Assembly (NCBI GenBank): GCA_944392815.1
Contig: CALXXY010000002.1
Span: forward strand, 32,001 to 96,000
DNA from: an uncultured Alphaproteobacteria bacterium
GTDB taxonomy: Bacteria > Pseudomonadota > Alphaproteobacteria > Rs-D84
Length of the DNA stretch: 64,000 nucleotides
Direction: 5' to 3'
Shown here piece by piece: positions 9,538 through 19,213 of this stretch. The translations under genes and the position numbers were made by a program. The notes beneath the pieces were generated by a model. The model was not told the origin of the DNA. It ran no database searches and saw nothing but the letters and a program-made list of their open reading frames with translations. Position 1 is the stretch's first letter. Each line of letters starts with the position of its first letter.

Positions 9538-11544
9538 TTAATCCACCGTTGTGTCGGTATTTTGCGAGCCCATAACCGGCCCAGCGTCAACCGGCGCCGT
9601 TGCAGGATCCGTCACCGGCACCCACGCCAGTTTATTATCCTTGGTCAATGTCAGCACACACAAATCCGATTCAGTCGTACATGTATTCGACGGCTGCTGG
9701 ATAGCAATTTCAACGATTTTATCGTTTGTTTGCTGTCTGGTGTAAACGTCCGACAAATCCGCCTTGGCCCCAATTTCGGCAACAACATCGTCAGACAATT
9801 TATCCGATGTCACGGCGTTATCCGCAATCTTTTCCGTGGTCACCGCACCCGCTGCAATTTTATCCGACGAAACCGCACCGTTTTGCAATTTAGACCCCGC
9901 CAATGTACCATCTTTAATCAACCCAGGGTTAACAGGCAATTCACTTAAATCCGATATTTCTGACGATACCCACGACGTCATTGCGCCGATCGTCGGGAAA
10001 TATGTATCAGATGATTTATTTTCAGGCGTAATAGAATTTATCTTGTTCGCGGAATCTTCCTTTTTCGCCAACAAACCACTATCAGGGGCGGTGATGTTGG
10101 TGACGTTTTGTTCAATCTGTTCAATTGTTTGGTTGATTGTGGTCAATTCGGAATCATCAACCTTGGCAGCCAGGGCGTCTGTCAATCCATCAACCCTTGC
10201 CTGGGCAATTGTGGCAGATGTAGTGATATTTCCGTCCGCACCCACGGTCAGGATTTTACCGTTATTTTCCGCACCAACATTTTTGTCCTGTTTGCCATTA
10301 ATCTTGCTGGCCAGGCCGGTGTTCAAATCGGCCTCGGTCACGGTGCCGTCGGCAATCGCCGCGGAATCAACCGCACTGTCCGCGATTTTATCGCCAGTCA
10401 CTGCGCCATTTTGAATTTGACCGGTTCCAACCGCGTTATCTGCAATCGCATCGGCATCAATCGCGTCATCGGCAATTTTATCACCGGTGATCGTGCCATC
10501 GGTAATTTTATCGCCAGATACAGCCCCATCACCCAAATCAGTCGACGGATCAAATTCAACATTTGCAATCTGTTGCGTGGTCCAATCGTATACGGCCTTG
10601 ACAGACGGATATGCGTCTGTGGATGCCTGGTTGGTTGAATTAATGACGGTGGCTTTGTTTGATTTATCTTCCTTGCCGTCAATTTCTGCATTCAACGCAG
10701 TATCCAACTTACCCGCGGAAATGGTACCATCGGCAATATCTGTGCCGGTCACACTGCCATCGGCAATGGCATCGGAATTAACCGCGCCATCTTTGATATG
10801 CTCGGCACCAATGGAATCATCGGCAATTTTGTCGCCATTAACAGCGTCCGCCCCGATTTTATCACCCGTCACGGCACCGTTTTCCAATTTGCTGCCAGCA
10901 ATAGTTCCATCTTCGATATTACCGGGGTTAACTGGCAACCCAGTATCTGACAAGTCCGCAATCTTTTTATTAGTCCATTGAACGATTGCGCCCACTGACG
11001 GATATGCTGTTGGCGATGTTTGATTACCTTCGTTGATTGCAGCCGCCTTGTTTGATAAAACTTCGTACGTTGTTGCAGCGGTTGCAGAATCCAATTTGGA
11101 TTCCATTTCTGTACCCAACTGACCAACCGTTGTTTGCAATCCACCGACCGATGTTTCCAAATCATTTACATCTTTGACCAAGCCAGCTTCAGCATTACCA
11201 ACGGTTGCCCCCAATGCCTCAACCGCGCTTTGTGCACCGGTTGCAGTTGATTGGGCGGTATCAGCGGTTTGTTTCGCTTCGGCCGCAGCGGCAGCAGCAT
11301 CGTCAACCTTGGCCGCCAGACCAGTATCTTCGTTATTGATTGTATCACCCAACTGGGTAACCTGTTCAGTCAGGTTTGTAACATTTTCCTTGGTTTCATA
11401 TGTATTGCTGACCGTTTGCAGGATTGACGTTTCACGATTATCAACGTACTGCTTGCTGGCGATTTGGGTTGCAGCGTTGGCCGCACCGACACTGACCAAA
11501 ATTGCCGCCATAAATCCAGAAAATGCGATATTTGATTTTTTCAT
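9538..11544 (-). CDS. Secreted fibre-like repetitive protein (fibre 3) with IADGAVTxDK repeats
   Basis: Signal peptide ending ANA, then IASKQYVD; three E...NK...YPS/FPT + DGA(V/I)TxDKIA blocks; C-terminal P...C......CVL.......WVPV. Confidence 0.8.
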   Translation of the reverse strand: MKKSNIAFSGFMAAILVSVGAANAATQIASKQYVDNRETSILQTVSNTYETKENVTNLTEQVTQLGDTINNEDTGLAAKVDDAAAAAAEAKQTADTAQSTATGAQSAVEALGATVGNAEAGLVKDVNDLETSVGGLQTTVGQLGTEMESKLDSATAATTYEVLSNKAAAINEGNQTSPTAYPSVGAIVQWTNKKIADLSDTGLPVNPGNIEDGTIAGSKLENGAVTGDKIGADAVNGDKIADDSIGAEHIKDGAVNSDAIADGSVTGTDIADGTISAGKLDTALNAEIDGKEDKSNKATVINSTNQASTDAYPSVKAVYDWTTQQIANVEFDPSTDLGDGAVSGDKITDGTITGDKIADDAIDADAIADNAVGTGQIQNGAVTGDKIADSAVDSAAIADGTVTEADLNTGLASKINGKQDKNVGAENNGKILTVGADGNITTSATIAQARVDGLTDALAAKVDDSELTTINQTIEQIEQNVTNITAPDSGLLAKKEDSANKINSITPENKSSDTYFPTIGAMTSWVSSEISDLSELPVNPGLIKDGTLAGSKLQNGAVSSDKIAAGAVTTEKIADNAVTSDKLSDDVVAEIGAKADLSDVYTRQQTNDKIVEIAIQQPSNTCTTESDLCVLTLTKDNKLAWVPVTDPATAPVDAGPVMGSQNTDTTVD

Positions 11545-11556
11545 TCTTTCTTTCCT

Positions 11557-14346
11557 TTACATTGCGATTTCATACCACACTGGACTGCCATCGCCATCCG
11601 TGCCCAGTACGCTGTTCGCTGGTTTTGCGCCCGCCGGCGCGGCCACTGCGTTCGCCGCGTTATCCAACGCGCTTTGCACATCGGTCGCCAATTTAGATTT
11701 CGAAATTGCCGCATCGGCCGCAACATCGGCGTCATGAATCTGATCCTTGTACGCCAACGCCTTCAGATCTGCGGTATTGGCCTTGCCATCAATTTCGTCC
11801 TGCAAATCCTGGTGCAATTTCGGTTTAGTCACCGCACCATCATCGATTTGATCGGTGTTAATATCTACACCCTCGGCCACAGTGTTGGTGACATATGCCT
11901 CGACTGCGTGAACCGTCGGATATTTGGTCGTGGATCCGGTATCCGCCGTCATATCGTCGGTCTTGTTCGCGGCATTTTCGGCGGTGTATCCCAACGCGTC
12001 TTGCTTGCCCGCGATATCATCGGCATAGCCGTCGTACACAGAAACCTTTTCCGCGGTAATGCCCGAATTCACGGCATTCAATTGTTCGGCGGTCAAAGCG
12101 TCCTGTTTCCCGGCGACATCTTGGCTTGCCTTCTCTGCCGCCGCCTTGGCATCGGCAACATCGGCAACCAATCCGGATTCGCCATTCCCAATTATATTGG
12201 TAATGTTCGTAATCTGGGATTGAACACCAGTGTCAGGATTCGTGATTTCGGATACCTGTTCGGTAATATTCGTCACGTTTTCTGTGACATTCGTGACGTT
12301 TTCGGTCAATTCACCGATTTGCTGAACCAGGCCACCTGCGCCATCTTCACCACTGACAGTTGTCTGCAAATCATCAACCACAGATGCGTCGGCCTTGGCC
12401 GCCAATGCCGCAGTCACCGCCGCAGACGATGGATATTTTGCTTCGTCATTGGTAATTGTTGTCGCCTCGCGCGCGGAAACATCTTGCTTTAATGCCAAAT
12501 TGGCTTGCACGCTTTCCGCGGTTTGCGCCGCTTCCTCGGCCGCGGTTTGTGCCGCTGATGCCGCGGTATTCGCCGCCCCTATCTGGTCGGCTAAACCTGT
12601 ACCCTCGGCATTAATGGTCGAATCCAATTGCCCAACCGTCTGTTCCAGTGTATCCAGTTCGGACGCATTGGCCTTGGTTTCCAATTCTTTATACACGGCC
12701 GCGCCAGATGGGTATTTTGTTGTATCGGCCTCGGACACAACCTGAACCAGGTTCGAAACATCTTGTTTTCCGGCCAGGACCTGTTCCATACCCTCCATAC
12801 CGCCAACGGCAACGTCCTCTAACTTTTCGTCAATCTGCGCTGTGGTATACGCGTCGGTAATGCCGTATCCGGCCAACGTTGTGGCTTTATCGGCCTTGCC
12901 CGCCAAAGCGTCCGTCAGTTCCGTATCCGTCACCATATTTTCCGTGGCGGTCGAAATCGCACCACTCAAACCGTCTGTCGTCACATAGTTCGACGCATCG
13001 GTCAATTCAGCAACAGTTGTGGGAACGTCATCAACGTTCGCCTTGGCCGCCAACGCCGCCGTCACCGCGGACGTAGACGGATAATCTGTATCGCTGTTGG
13101 TCAGTGTTGTTTTTTTGTTCAAAACATCTTCTTTGCCGGTCAGGCCAGCCAACGCCTGGGCCGCGCTTTCCGCCGCCCCGGTTGCCGTGGCTGCCGCACT
13201 GCCCGCCAATTGGGAAACAGTTTCCAATTCGCCGTCCAACGCGGTCACATTGCCAGACAAATCATTAACACTTTTGACCAGACCGGAATTCACATCGCCA
13301 ACCGTTGTTTTTAACCCAGCAACGTCAGTTTTAAATTGTTCGATTTCCGCACTGCCAACAATATCGCTGGTGGCGTCCTCGATGGCCTTGGTAATTTCTT
13401 CCCTGTTCATGGCGTCACTGATGCCATAGCCCGCCAGGGTTGTGGCCTTGTCCGCCTTGGTGGACAGTTTGTCATCTACATATTGTATAGTCGCGTATGT
13501 ATCGGCCAAATTCGCAATTGCCGCGCCAATCGCAGCATTCATCTGTTCGGTCGTGGAATATGCGTCCAAATTCGCCGGATCGCCGGGTTCGCCCTTTTCA
13601 CCCTGGGGACCGGTAATATCCGCCTTGGCAATCAGTTCACGCCAGTCATCATTTCCTTCACCAACATAGCGCCACAACAAATGCGTATCATTGGAACCTA
13701 ATTCAACCTCACGCCCATCTTTGCCCGCAACAGTTTCCAACGCACCCTGCAACGCATCAACATCGACAAAGATTTCATTGTCATCTTCGATAATAATATA
13801 TCCGTCCGCCCCCGGGATTAATTTACCCTGGGTTTCGTCCCTTAATATATCAATGCTTTCGTGAATATCACTGTCGGCGGTGTGTAAATCCTCGACCTCG
13901 CGCATTAAATCGTCCACGTCCTGGCGCAATCCGGACACATCAGGATTGGTATCACCCCCAGATGACGAACCACCACCAGACGACGAAGAACCACCCCCAG
14001 ACGGGCGCAGTGAACTGCCCCCGCTGACGGCCGTGCCGCCACCCAAATAATGACCAATCGACAAACGCGGCGACGTTGCAACGCGGCCAGATGTGGTGTT
14101 GCTGGTACTGATTGATGTGGCCGTCCCAGACGCACCGGAATTCGGCGTCACCCGCAGCGACCCACCGCGCACAGACGCCGTGGAATTCGCGGCACTGCCA
14201 CTGCCCGCGGCCGCCGCATCGGACGCACTGGCATATGTCCCAGCCCCGCCCAACGCACGAACCGACGACGCGCCGTACGCCCCAGAAACCGCCGTGCATA
14301 ATACGCAAATAATTGCTAATCTTGAAATTTTCAGATCGTGTTTCAT
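11557..14346 (-). CDS. Large secreted fibre-like protein (fibre 4) with Ser/Gly linker, short collagen stretch and tail-fibre repeats
   Basis: Signal peptide ending AYG; DGREVEL...WRYVG...W..LI...ITGPQGEKGEPG; KADKATTLAGYGI(S/T)DA x2; four YPS/YPT motifs; ends SVLGTDGDGSPVWYEIAM. Confidence 0.8.
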   Translation of the reverse strand: MKHDLKISRLAIICVLCTAVSGAYGASSVRALGGAGTYASASDAAAAGSGSAANSTASVRGGSLRVTPNSGASGTATSISTSNTTSGRVATSPRLSIGHYLGGGTAVSGGSSLRPSGGGSSSSGGGSSSGGDTNPDVSGLRQDVDDLMREVEDLHTADSDIHESIDILRDETQGKLIPGADGYIIIEDDNEIFVDVDALQGALETVAGKDGREVELGSNDTHLLWRYVGEGNDDWRELIAKADITGPQGEKGEPGDPANLDAYSTTEQMNAAIGAAIANLADTYATIQYVDDKLSTKADKATTLAGYGISDAMNREEITKAIEDATSDIVGSAEIEQFKTDVAGLKTTVGDVNSGLVKSVNDLSGNVTALDGELETVSQLAGSAAATATGAAESAAQALAGLTGKEDVLNKKTTLTNSDTDYPSTSAVTAALAAKANVDDVPTTVAELTDASNYVTTDGLSGAISTATENMVTDTELTDALAGKADKATTLAGYGITDAYTTAQIDEKLEDVAVGGMEGMEQVLAGKQDVSNLVQVVSEADTTKYPSGAAVYKELETKANASELDTLEQTVGQLDSTINAEGTGLADQIGAANTAASAAQTAAEEAAQTAESVQANLALKQDVSAREATTITNDEAKYPSSAAVTAALAAKADASVVDDLQTTVSGEDGAGGLVQQIGELTENVTNVTENVTNITEQVSEITNPDTGVQSQITNITNIIGNGESGLVADVADAKAAAEKASQDVAGKQDALTAEQLNAVNSGITAEKVSVYDGYADDIAGKQDALGYTAENAANKTDDMTADTGSTTKYPTVHAVEAYVTNTVAEGVDINTDQIDDGAVTKPKLHQDLQDEIDGKANTADLKALAYKDQIHDADVAADAAISKSKLATDVQSALDNAANAVAAPAGAKPANSVLGTDGDGSPVWYEIAM

Positions 14347-14408
14347 CAATTCCCTCTACTTACGCAATGATAACATATTTCTGCGAATCGGGTCAATAGC
14401 ATTTTGTG

Positions 14409-15131
14409 TTAAAATTCATATCTGATTCCGACCGATATAGAATTATCCAATATGAAATCGATATCATTCTGGAACCATGTCGCACCACTGCCGTCATCAA
14501 AATGCAGATTATTTATGCGCTGATCCCCGCCCATCAGACCCGACAGACGATACCGAATATCCAGCACTAAATTATTATCCAATTCGTGTGAATACCCGAC
14601 CATCACGCCGGCCATCGGTGAAAAATTATATTCTGTGCGTTCACTGCCGTCGGCCCAGGTCATATCCAACGTAGTAATGGACATAGCCGCACCAACACCC
14701 GCACCCAAATACAAACCGTTTGTGAAATCATAATACCCATTCAGCAATACATACGGGATTTGCATTGTGAATTCAGCGGCGAAATCTTTGTCCTTGAAAT
14801 AGCCCAGATAACCGGCCTCTAACTCTGCACGCCAAAAATACGCGAACTGACGACCGCCGAATAAACTGCCACCAAATGCGGGCTCGAACGAATATTTGTC
14901 GCTGCCATAACTTTCGACAGGATTAAAATTATCACCTGTGCTGTATTCGTTTTTCCAATTCCAGAAATTTAAATCTGCGCGTGCACCAATGTACCAGCCG
15001 GTTTTTGCCTTGTCCGTGTAATCATATGTCACGACATACCCGCCGTCTGCGCCGCGTGTCAAATAACTGGGTGCCGCAACCGCAGGCGTCGCACAGGCCA
15101 GCAAAACAGCCAAAGAAACTAATCTTTTCAT
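14409..15131 (-). CDS. Outer-membrane beta-barrel protein (8-stranded OmpA-TM/opacity-like)
   Basis: Signal peptide; WRAELEAGY, NGYYDF, LYLGAGVG, LDIRYR; C-terminal BAM-type signal SVGIRYEF. Confidence 0.88.
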   Translation of the reverse strand: MKRLVSLAVLLACATPAVAAPSYLTRGADGGYVVTYDYTDKAKTGWYIGARADLNFWNWKNEYSTGDNFNPVESYGSDKYSFEPAFGGSLFGGRQFAYFWRAELEAGYLGYFKDKDFAAEFTMQIPYVLLNGYYDFTNGLYLGAGVGAAMSITTLDMTWADGSERTEYNFSPMAGVMVGYSHELDNNLVLDIRYRLSGLMGGDQRINNLHFDDGSGATWFQNDIDFILDNSISVGIRYEF

Positions 15132-15205
15132 ATTTCCTTCCTTTTTATTTAATTCGATTTATTATATCATAAAACGACACATCAAAAAAAGTAGAAAATC
15201 ATATA

Positions 15206-15235
15206 TTGACATTTTTTTATAAAATCTGGTAAATT
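15206..15235 (+). promoter_or_regulatory. Putative sigma70 promoter of pal
   Basis: TTGACA-N18-TAAATT upstream of AAGGGG and ATG 15272. Confidence 0.45.
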
Positions 15236-15271
15236 AATATCATATAGATATCACGAAGGGGAAAAATAATT

Positions 15272-15673
15272 ATGAAAAAAATTTTATTGTGCATGGCAAT
15301 TTTGACAATGACTGCGTGCAGCGGCGTGGGCAACATCAATGATGACAAGGTGTTTTTCGCATTCGATTCCGCGGTGATTTCTGATGACGCACGCGCAGAA
15401 TTGGAAAAACAATCATTATATATGAAACAAAATCCGGATAAAAATGTTGTGCTCGAGGGTCACTGTGACGAACGCGGTTCCACGGAATACAACCTGGCAC
15501 TGGGGGCATTGCGTGCGGGTAATGCGGCACACGTGCTGATTGCCGACGGAATCGAACCTGAACGTATTAAAACAATTTCATATGGCAAAGAACGTCCGCA
15601 ATATCCCGGCACAGGCGAAGAAGTATGGGCATTAAATCGTAATTCCACGACCAAGGTTGTCGATGCCGAATAA
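15272..15673 (+). CDS. pal: Peptidoglycan-associated lipoprotein (OmpA-C domain)
   Basis: Lipobox MTAC; VFFAFDS, LEGHCDERGSTEYNLALG, ISYGKERP. Confidence 0.93.
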   Translation: MKKILLCMAILTMTACSGVGNINDDKVFFAFDSAVISDDARAELEKQSLYMKQNPDKNVVLEGHCDERGSTEYNLALGALRAGNAAHVLIADGIEPERIKTISYGKERPQYPGTGEEVWALNRNSTTKVVDAE

Positions 15674-15674
15674 A

Positions 15675-15709
15675 AAAATAAAAATGCGCCACGGCGCATT
15701 TTTATTTTT
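15675..15709 (+). terminator. Intrinsic terminator after pal
   Basis: AAAAATAAAAATGCGCC-AC-GGCGCATTTTTATTTTT hairpin. Confidence 0.8.
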
Positions 15710-15753
15710 ATGTATGCTTGACCATATAATCTTTTTTTAATATCATTTTTCAT

Positions 15754-16551
15754 ATGGAAAATAACACAGCAATATCTTTTGCAAATGTGGGTGCGCGATA
15801 TGATAACGGTCGCGAAGTATTATCCGATGTTTCGTTCAACATATCTTCTGGCGGGTTTTATTTCCTGTCTGGGGCATCTGGGGCGGGCAAAACAACACTG
15901 TTGCGATTAATTTATCAATTGCATAAACCGTGCCGTGGACAAATAAAATTATTCGGGCGCATTACAAACGAAATGACGCGCGACGAAATCGCAAATCTGC
16001 GCCACAAAATGGCAATTGTATTCCAGGAATATTCCCTGTTGTCGCATATGTCTGTGTTTGACAATGTGGCACTGCCGCTGCGCGTGCGCGGATTACCCGA
16101 ATCCAAAATCAAAAAACTGGTAATCAAGGTTCTGGAATGGGTCGGTCTGGCTAAATACGCGGACGCAAATCCCAAAACTTTGTCTGGTGGCCAACAACAG
16201 CGTGTATCAGTCGCCCGCGCGATTATTATCCAGCCCGCAATTTTACTGGCCGACGAACCAACCGGCAACCTGGACGACGAAAATGCGTCGCGCCTGATGG
16301 AATTGTTTATACAAATGAACAAAACATTTGGGACAACTATTATTTTGGCCACACACAGCACTAAATTAATGGAAACATACAAATTCCCAATCATTCACGT
16401 GGAAAATCATCGCGTCAGTTTTTCTGGCGCACGCGACACTGCTGTGCATGCCACCGCCCCCGCCCAACCAACGCGGGTATGGCGTGGCCCCAAACCACAA
16501 AATTACTTCGCAGAATTATCAAAACAATTTGACGATATTGGGAACGCATAA
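15754..16551 (+). CDS. ftsE: Cell-division ABC ATPase FtsE
   Basis: [32 protein letters not shown]; adjacent to an FtsX-like gene. Confidence 0.9.
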   Translation: MENNTAISFANVGARYDNGREVLSDVSFNISSGGFYFLSGASGAGKTTLLRLIYQLHKPCRGQIKLFGRITNEMTRDEIANLRHKMAIVFQEYSLLSHMSVFDNVALPLRVRGLPESKIKKLVIKVLEWVGLAKYADANPKTLSGGQQQRVSVARAIIIQPAILLADEPTGNLDDENASRLMELFIQMNKTFGTTIILATHSTKLMETYKFPIIHVENHRVSFSGARDTAVHATAPAQPTRVWRGPKPQNYFAELSKQFDDIGNA

Positions 16552-17394
16552 ATGACAAAACGGCCAATTGTATTTTCACTGGTACACGAACAATCTATAT
16601 TCATGACGGCAATCATGGGGTTGCTGACATTTTTGGCCGTGGTGGCGTTTGGAATCGCATTGGCAATCGGCACGGGCGTAGTGCGCTGGAATTCACAGTG
16701 GGATTTGACTGCAACTGTGCAAATTATGAATCCAGATAACGCCGCGGCCGTCAACAAAATTATTGATGAAAATGGCGATAAAATAAAATCCAGCACAGAA
16801 ATCACGACCGATGAAATGCGTGATTTATTGCGCCCATGGCTGTCTGGGGGCGGTGGCGCATTGGAAAATTATTTGCCAAAAATGTATGAAATTCAGTTTA
16901 ATTCCGCCGACGACATGGAATCAGTTCAAACACAAATCGGCGACAATGCACGATTCCTGACACACGCATCGGCATTGCACAGTTCCACATCAGCCGGGTG
17001 GAAAATGATATTTATATCGGCGTTCGTGTTGCTGTTAACGTTGGGCGCAATTGGCGTATGCATTTCGTACATCGCACGAAACACAGCATTACTGCACAAA
17101 CGTGAATTGGAAATATTAAATCAAATCGGCGCAACGGACTCGTACGTCGCGCGCCAAATGCAGATAATCATTGCAAAAATCTGCACCGTCGCATGCAGTG
17201 CTGGATTCGTTGTCGCGGCACCTGTATTGTTATTAATCCTGGGTGCGGCACACAGTGCGCGTGTTGGCCTGATGGCAATGTTGGGAATTTCTGGTTGGGG
17301 TTGGTTTGCGCTGTTTTTGTTGCCTGTGGCGATTATAATTTTCGCGATATGGATAACAAAACGCACAACTGTAAATATATTAAAGAATGATTAA
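16552..17394 (+). CDS. ftsX: Cell-division permease FtsX-like
   Basis: Four TM segments; LLRPWL and RELEILNQIGATDSYV motifs; abuts ftsE. Confidence 0.82.
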   Translation: MTKRPIVFSLVHEQSIFMTAIMGLLTFLAVVAFGIALAIGTGVVRWNSQWDLTATVQIMNPDNAAAVNKIIDENGDKIKSSTEITTDEMRDLLRPWLSGGGGALENYLPKMYEIQFNSADDMESVQTQIGDNARFLTHASALHSSTSAGWKMIFISAFVLLLTLGAIGVCISYIARNTALLHKRELEILNQIGATDSYVARQMQIIIAKICTVACSAGFVVAAPVLLLILGAAHSARVGLMAMLGISGWGWFALFLLPVAIIIFAIWITKRTTVNILKND

Positions 17395-17903
17395 TGAGAT
17401 TGTTAACCCCATCTTTGTTATTAATCACGTGTTTTGTAATTGGTGGTGCGGTATTTAAATCCGTGGCCCCGCGCAGGTGCCCCGCCATTTTACCCAACGA
17501 CACCATATTTGTACTGACGGGCGATATGCGCCGCATACCATTTGCCATGCGCCAACTGCGCAAATATCCAAACACAGATTTATACATAATCGGCGCGGGC
17601 GTAAACGGTTCGTTCGACATGGCCCGCCGCGTCACAATTGAATCAGAATCTAAATCCACATACCAAAACGCATTGGCCATACGGGACATAGCCACAACCA
17701 ACGGATTAAATCGCATCGTCCTGATTACGACCGAAGATCACATGAACCGCGCCAAATATTTAATAGAACACGAATTGCCATATACGGAAATAGTCGCCTG
17801 CCCTGTGCCATTGTCGGATATGCCGGTCACAAAACGACTTGAAAGATGGGCCATAGAATATGTAAAATACATCGTCACTTTATTCGGATTCAAAGAAGGT
17901 TAA
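17394..17903 (+). CDS. YdcF/DUF218 family protein
   Basis: IFVLTG..RI, STYQNA, LITTEDHMNRA, EYVKY; usual position after ftsX in alphaproteobacteria. Confidence 0.85.
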   Translation: MRLLTPSLLLITCFVIGGAVFKSVAPRRCPAILPNDTIFVLTGDMRRIPFAMRQLRKYPNTDLYIIGAGVNGSFDMARRVTIESESKSTYQNALAIRDIATTNGLNRIVLITTEDHMNRAKYLIEHELPYTEIVACPVPLSDMPVTKRLERWAIEYVKYIVTLFGFKEG

Positions 17904-17934
17904 ACTTTAAATAACACAAAGGAAAAAAAACAAA

Positions 17935-18642
17935 ATGTTCAGAACGATTATTTTTAAACTGGTATTGGCATTGCATTTTATTTTGTGGGCACCAATATTG
18001 CTGGTGGGATTAATTTCGGACCGTATTAACAGATTTTTTGTTTTGACATGCGCGTCTGGTGTGCTGTTTTTGGCACGTGTTGTCGCGGGCATAAAATATG
18101 AAATACACTATCCCCCACACGAAGAAAACGGTGTCCCAGTTGCCCCAAACGGCAACATTCGCCTGGACGGGAAATCAATCATTGCGGCAAAACATATGTC
18201 CATATTGGAAATAGCAGTTTTATCCACCCATATTCGCAATTCTTTTTTCATTATCAAACGTGAATTGCTGTGGATACCTATTTACGGGTGGGCATTTTGG
18301 CGCATGGGACTGCAGCCGGTAAACCGTGCCCGTGGCGCAACAAACATGCAAAAATTAACCCACGCAGTTGCAAAAAAAATCATGGACGGCAAAGTGTTAA
18401 TCATTTTCCCCGAAGGCACCCGTGTCAAACCCGGCCAAACGGTAAAATTAAAACGCGGATTGCTGTTTTTGGCCCACGAATTAAAATTGCCTATTTTACC
18501 GGTCGGCACAGACGCAGGAAAATATTGGCCCAAACATGGCCGTATGCACAGTGGCACCGCACACGTATGGTTCGAACCTGTATTACCATGTAATGCGTCG
18601 CTGGACGAAATATCCGCGGCCATCAACCGCCACAGCGCATAA
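17935..18642 (+). CDS. plsC: 1-acyl-sn-glycerol-3-phosphate acyltransferase
   Basis: KHMSILE (HX4D/E), KRELLWIPIYGW, IFPEGTR. Confidence 0.9.
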   Translation: MFRTIIFKLVLALHFILWAPILLVGLISDRINRFFVLTCASGVLFLARVVAGIKYEIHYPPHEENGVPVAPNGNIRLDGKSIIAAKHMSILEIAVLSTHIRNSFFIIKRELLWIPIYGWAFWRMGLQPVNRARGATNMQKLTHAVAKKIMDGKVLIIFPEGTRVKPGQTVKLKRGLLFLAHELKLPILPVGTDAGKYWPKHGRMHSGTAHVWFEPVLPCNASLDEISAAINRHSA

Positions 18643-18644
18643 AT

Positions 18645-18671
18645 AAAAAATCCCGCACTGCGGGATTTTTT
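18645..18671 (+). terminator. Intrinsic terminator (AAAATCCCGC family)
   Basis: AAAAAATCCCGCA-C-TGCGGGATTTTTT. Confidence 0.8.
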
Positions 18672-18798
18672 ACAGCATTGACAATCGCCCAGAAATTCGG
18701 GTAAAATAAATACAAGCAAATGCCGAAAAAAACCACCGGTTTCCATCGGTGTTTTTTATATTCAGAATAATAATAACGTTATTATAAATACTGTATTT

Positions 18799-19206
18799 TT
18801 ATTCACACCACGATGCGCGACGCCCGCCATCGTACGGGCGCGCCAATTTTTCATTTAATAAAATTTTTGATACATCGTGCCCATCGGCGTCATACACACG
18901 CGCATCAATCCGCCCCAAATACTTATCGTCCCGCACATTACGCAGTTCCACAATTGTGCCAACTGGCAATAATTCAGCCAACCTGTCGCGCGCCTGCACC
19001 GCCATTGTAGTTTCACTGTCACATTGCCCATGAATTTCAGGCGTATCCACATTATCCAACCGCACCCGCACGGCAACAGTTATATCATCGTCCAACAGCA
19101 CATGCGCCCCAAACGTATCACCATCGACTATATAATCAACAACAGCCGGCACGCCCCACGCCGCACCGGCCAAAAATACAGCACAAAAACATAAAATCCA
19201 GCGCAT
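18799..19206 (-). CDS. Secreted thermonuclease (SNase) family protein
   Basis: Signal peptide; IVDGDT, VRLDNVDTPE, DKYLGR, LARPYDGG.R..WC; start trimmed to MRWIL. Confidence 0.88.
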   Translation of the reverse strand: MRWILCFCAVFLAGAAWGVPAVVDYIVDGDTFGAHVLLDDDITVAVRVRLDNVDTPEIHGQCDSETTMAVQARDRLAELLPVGTIVELRNVRDDKYLGRIDARVYDADGHDVSKILLNEKLARPYDGGRRASWCE

Positions 19207-19213
19207 ACTATAA

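Noticed and set aside
1-14346. Prophage (integrase + tail fibres)
   Set aside because: lepA, a DedA gene and rbfA intervene; there are no structural, packaging or lysis genes; the fibres have signal peptides and the integrase lacks catalytic residues.
5800-14346. Trimeric autotransporter adhesins (YadA-like)
   Set aside because: None ends in the four-strand anchor with a terminal aromatic residue.
6245-14425. Many long + strand ORFs over the fibre genes, and similar antisense ORFs across the window
   Set aside because: Shadow frames of Ala/Thr-rich or conserved genes; no RBS or motifs.
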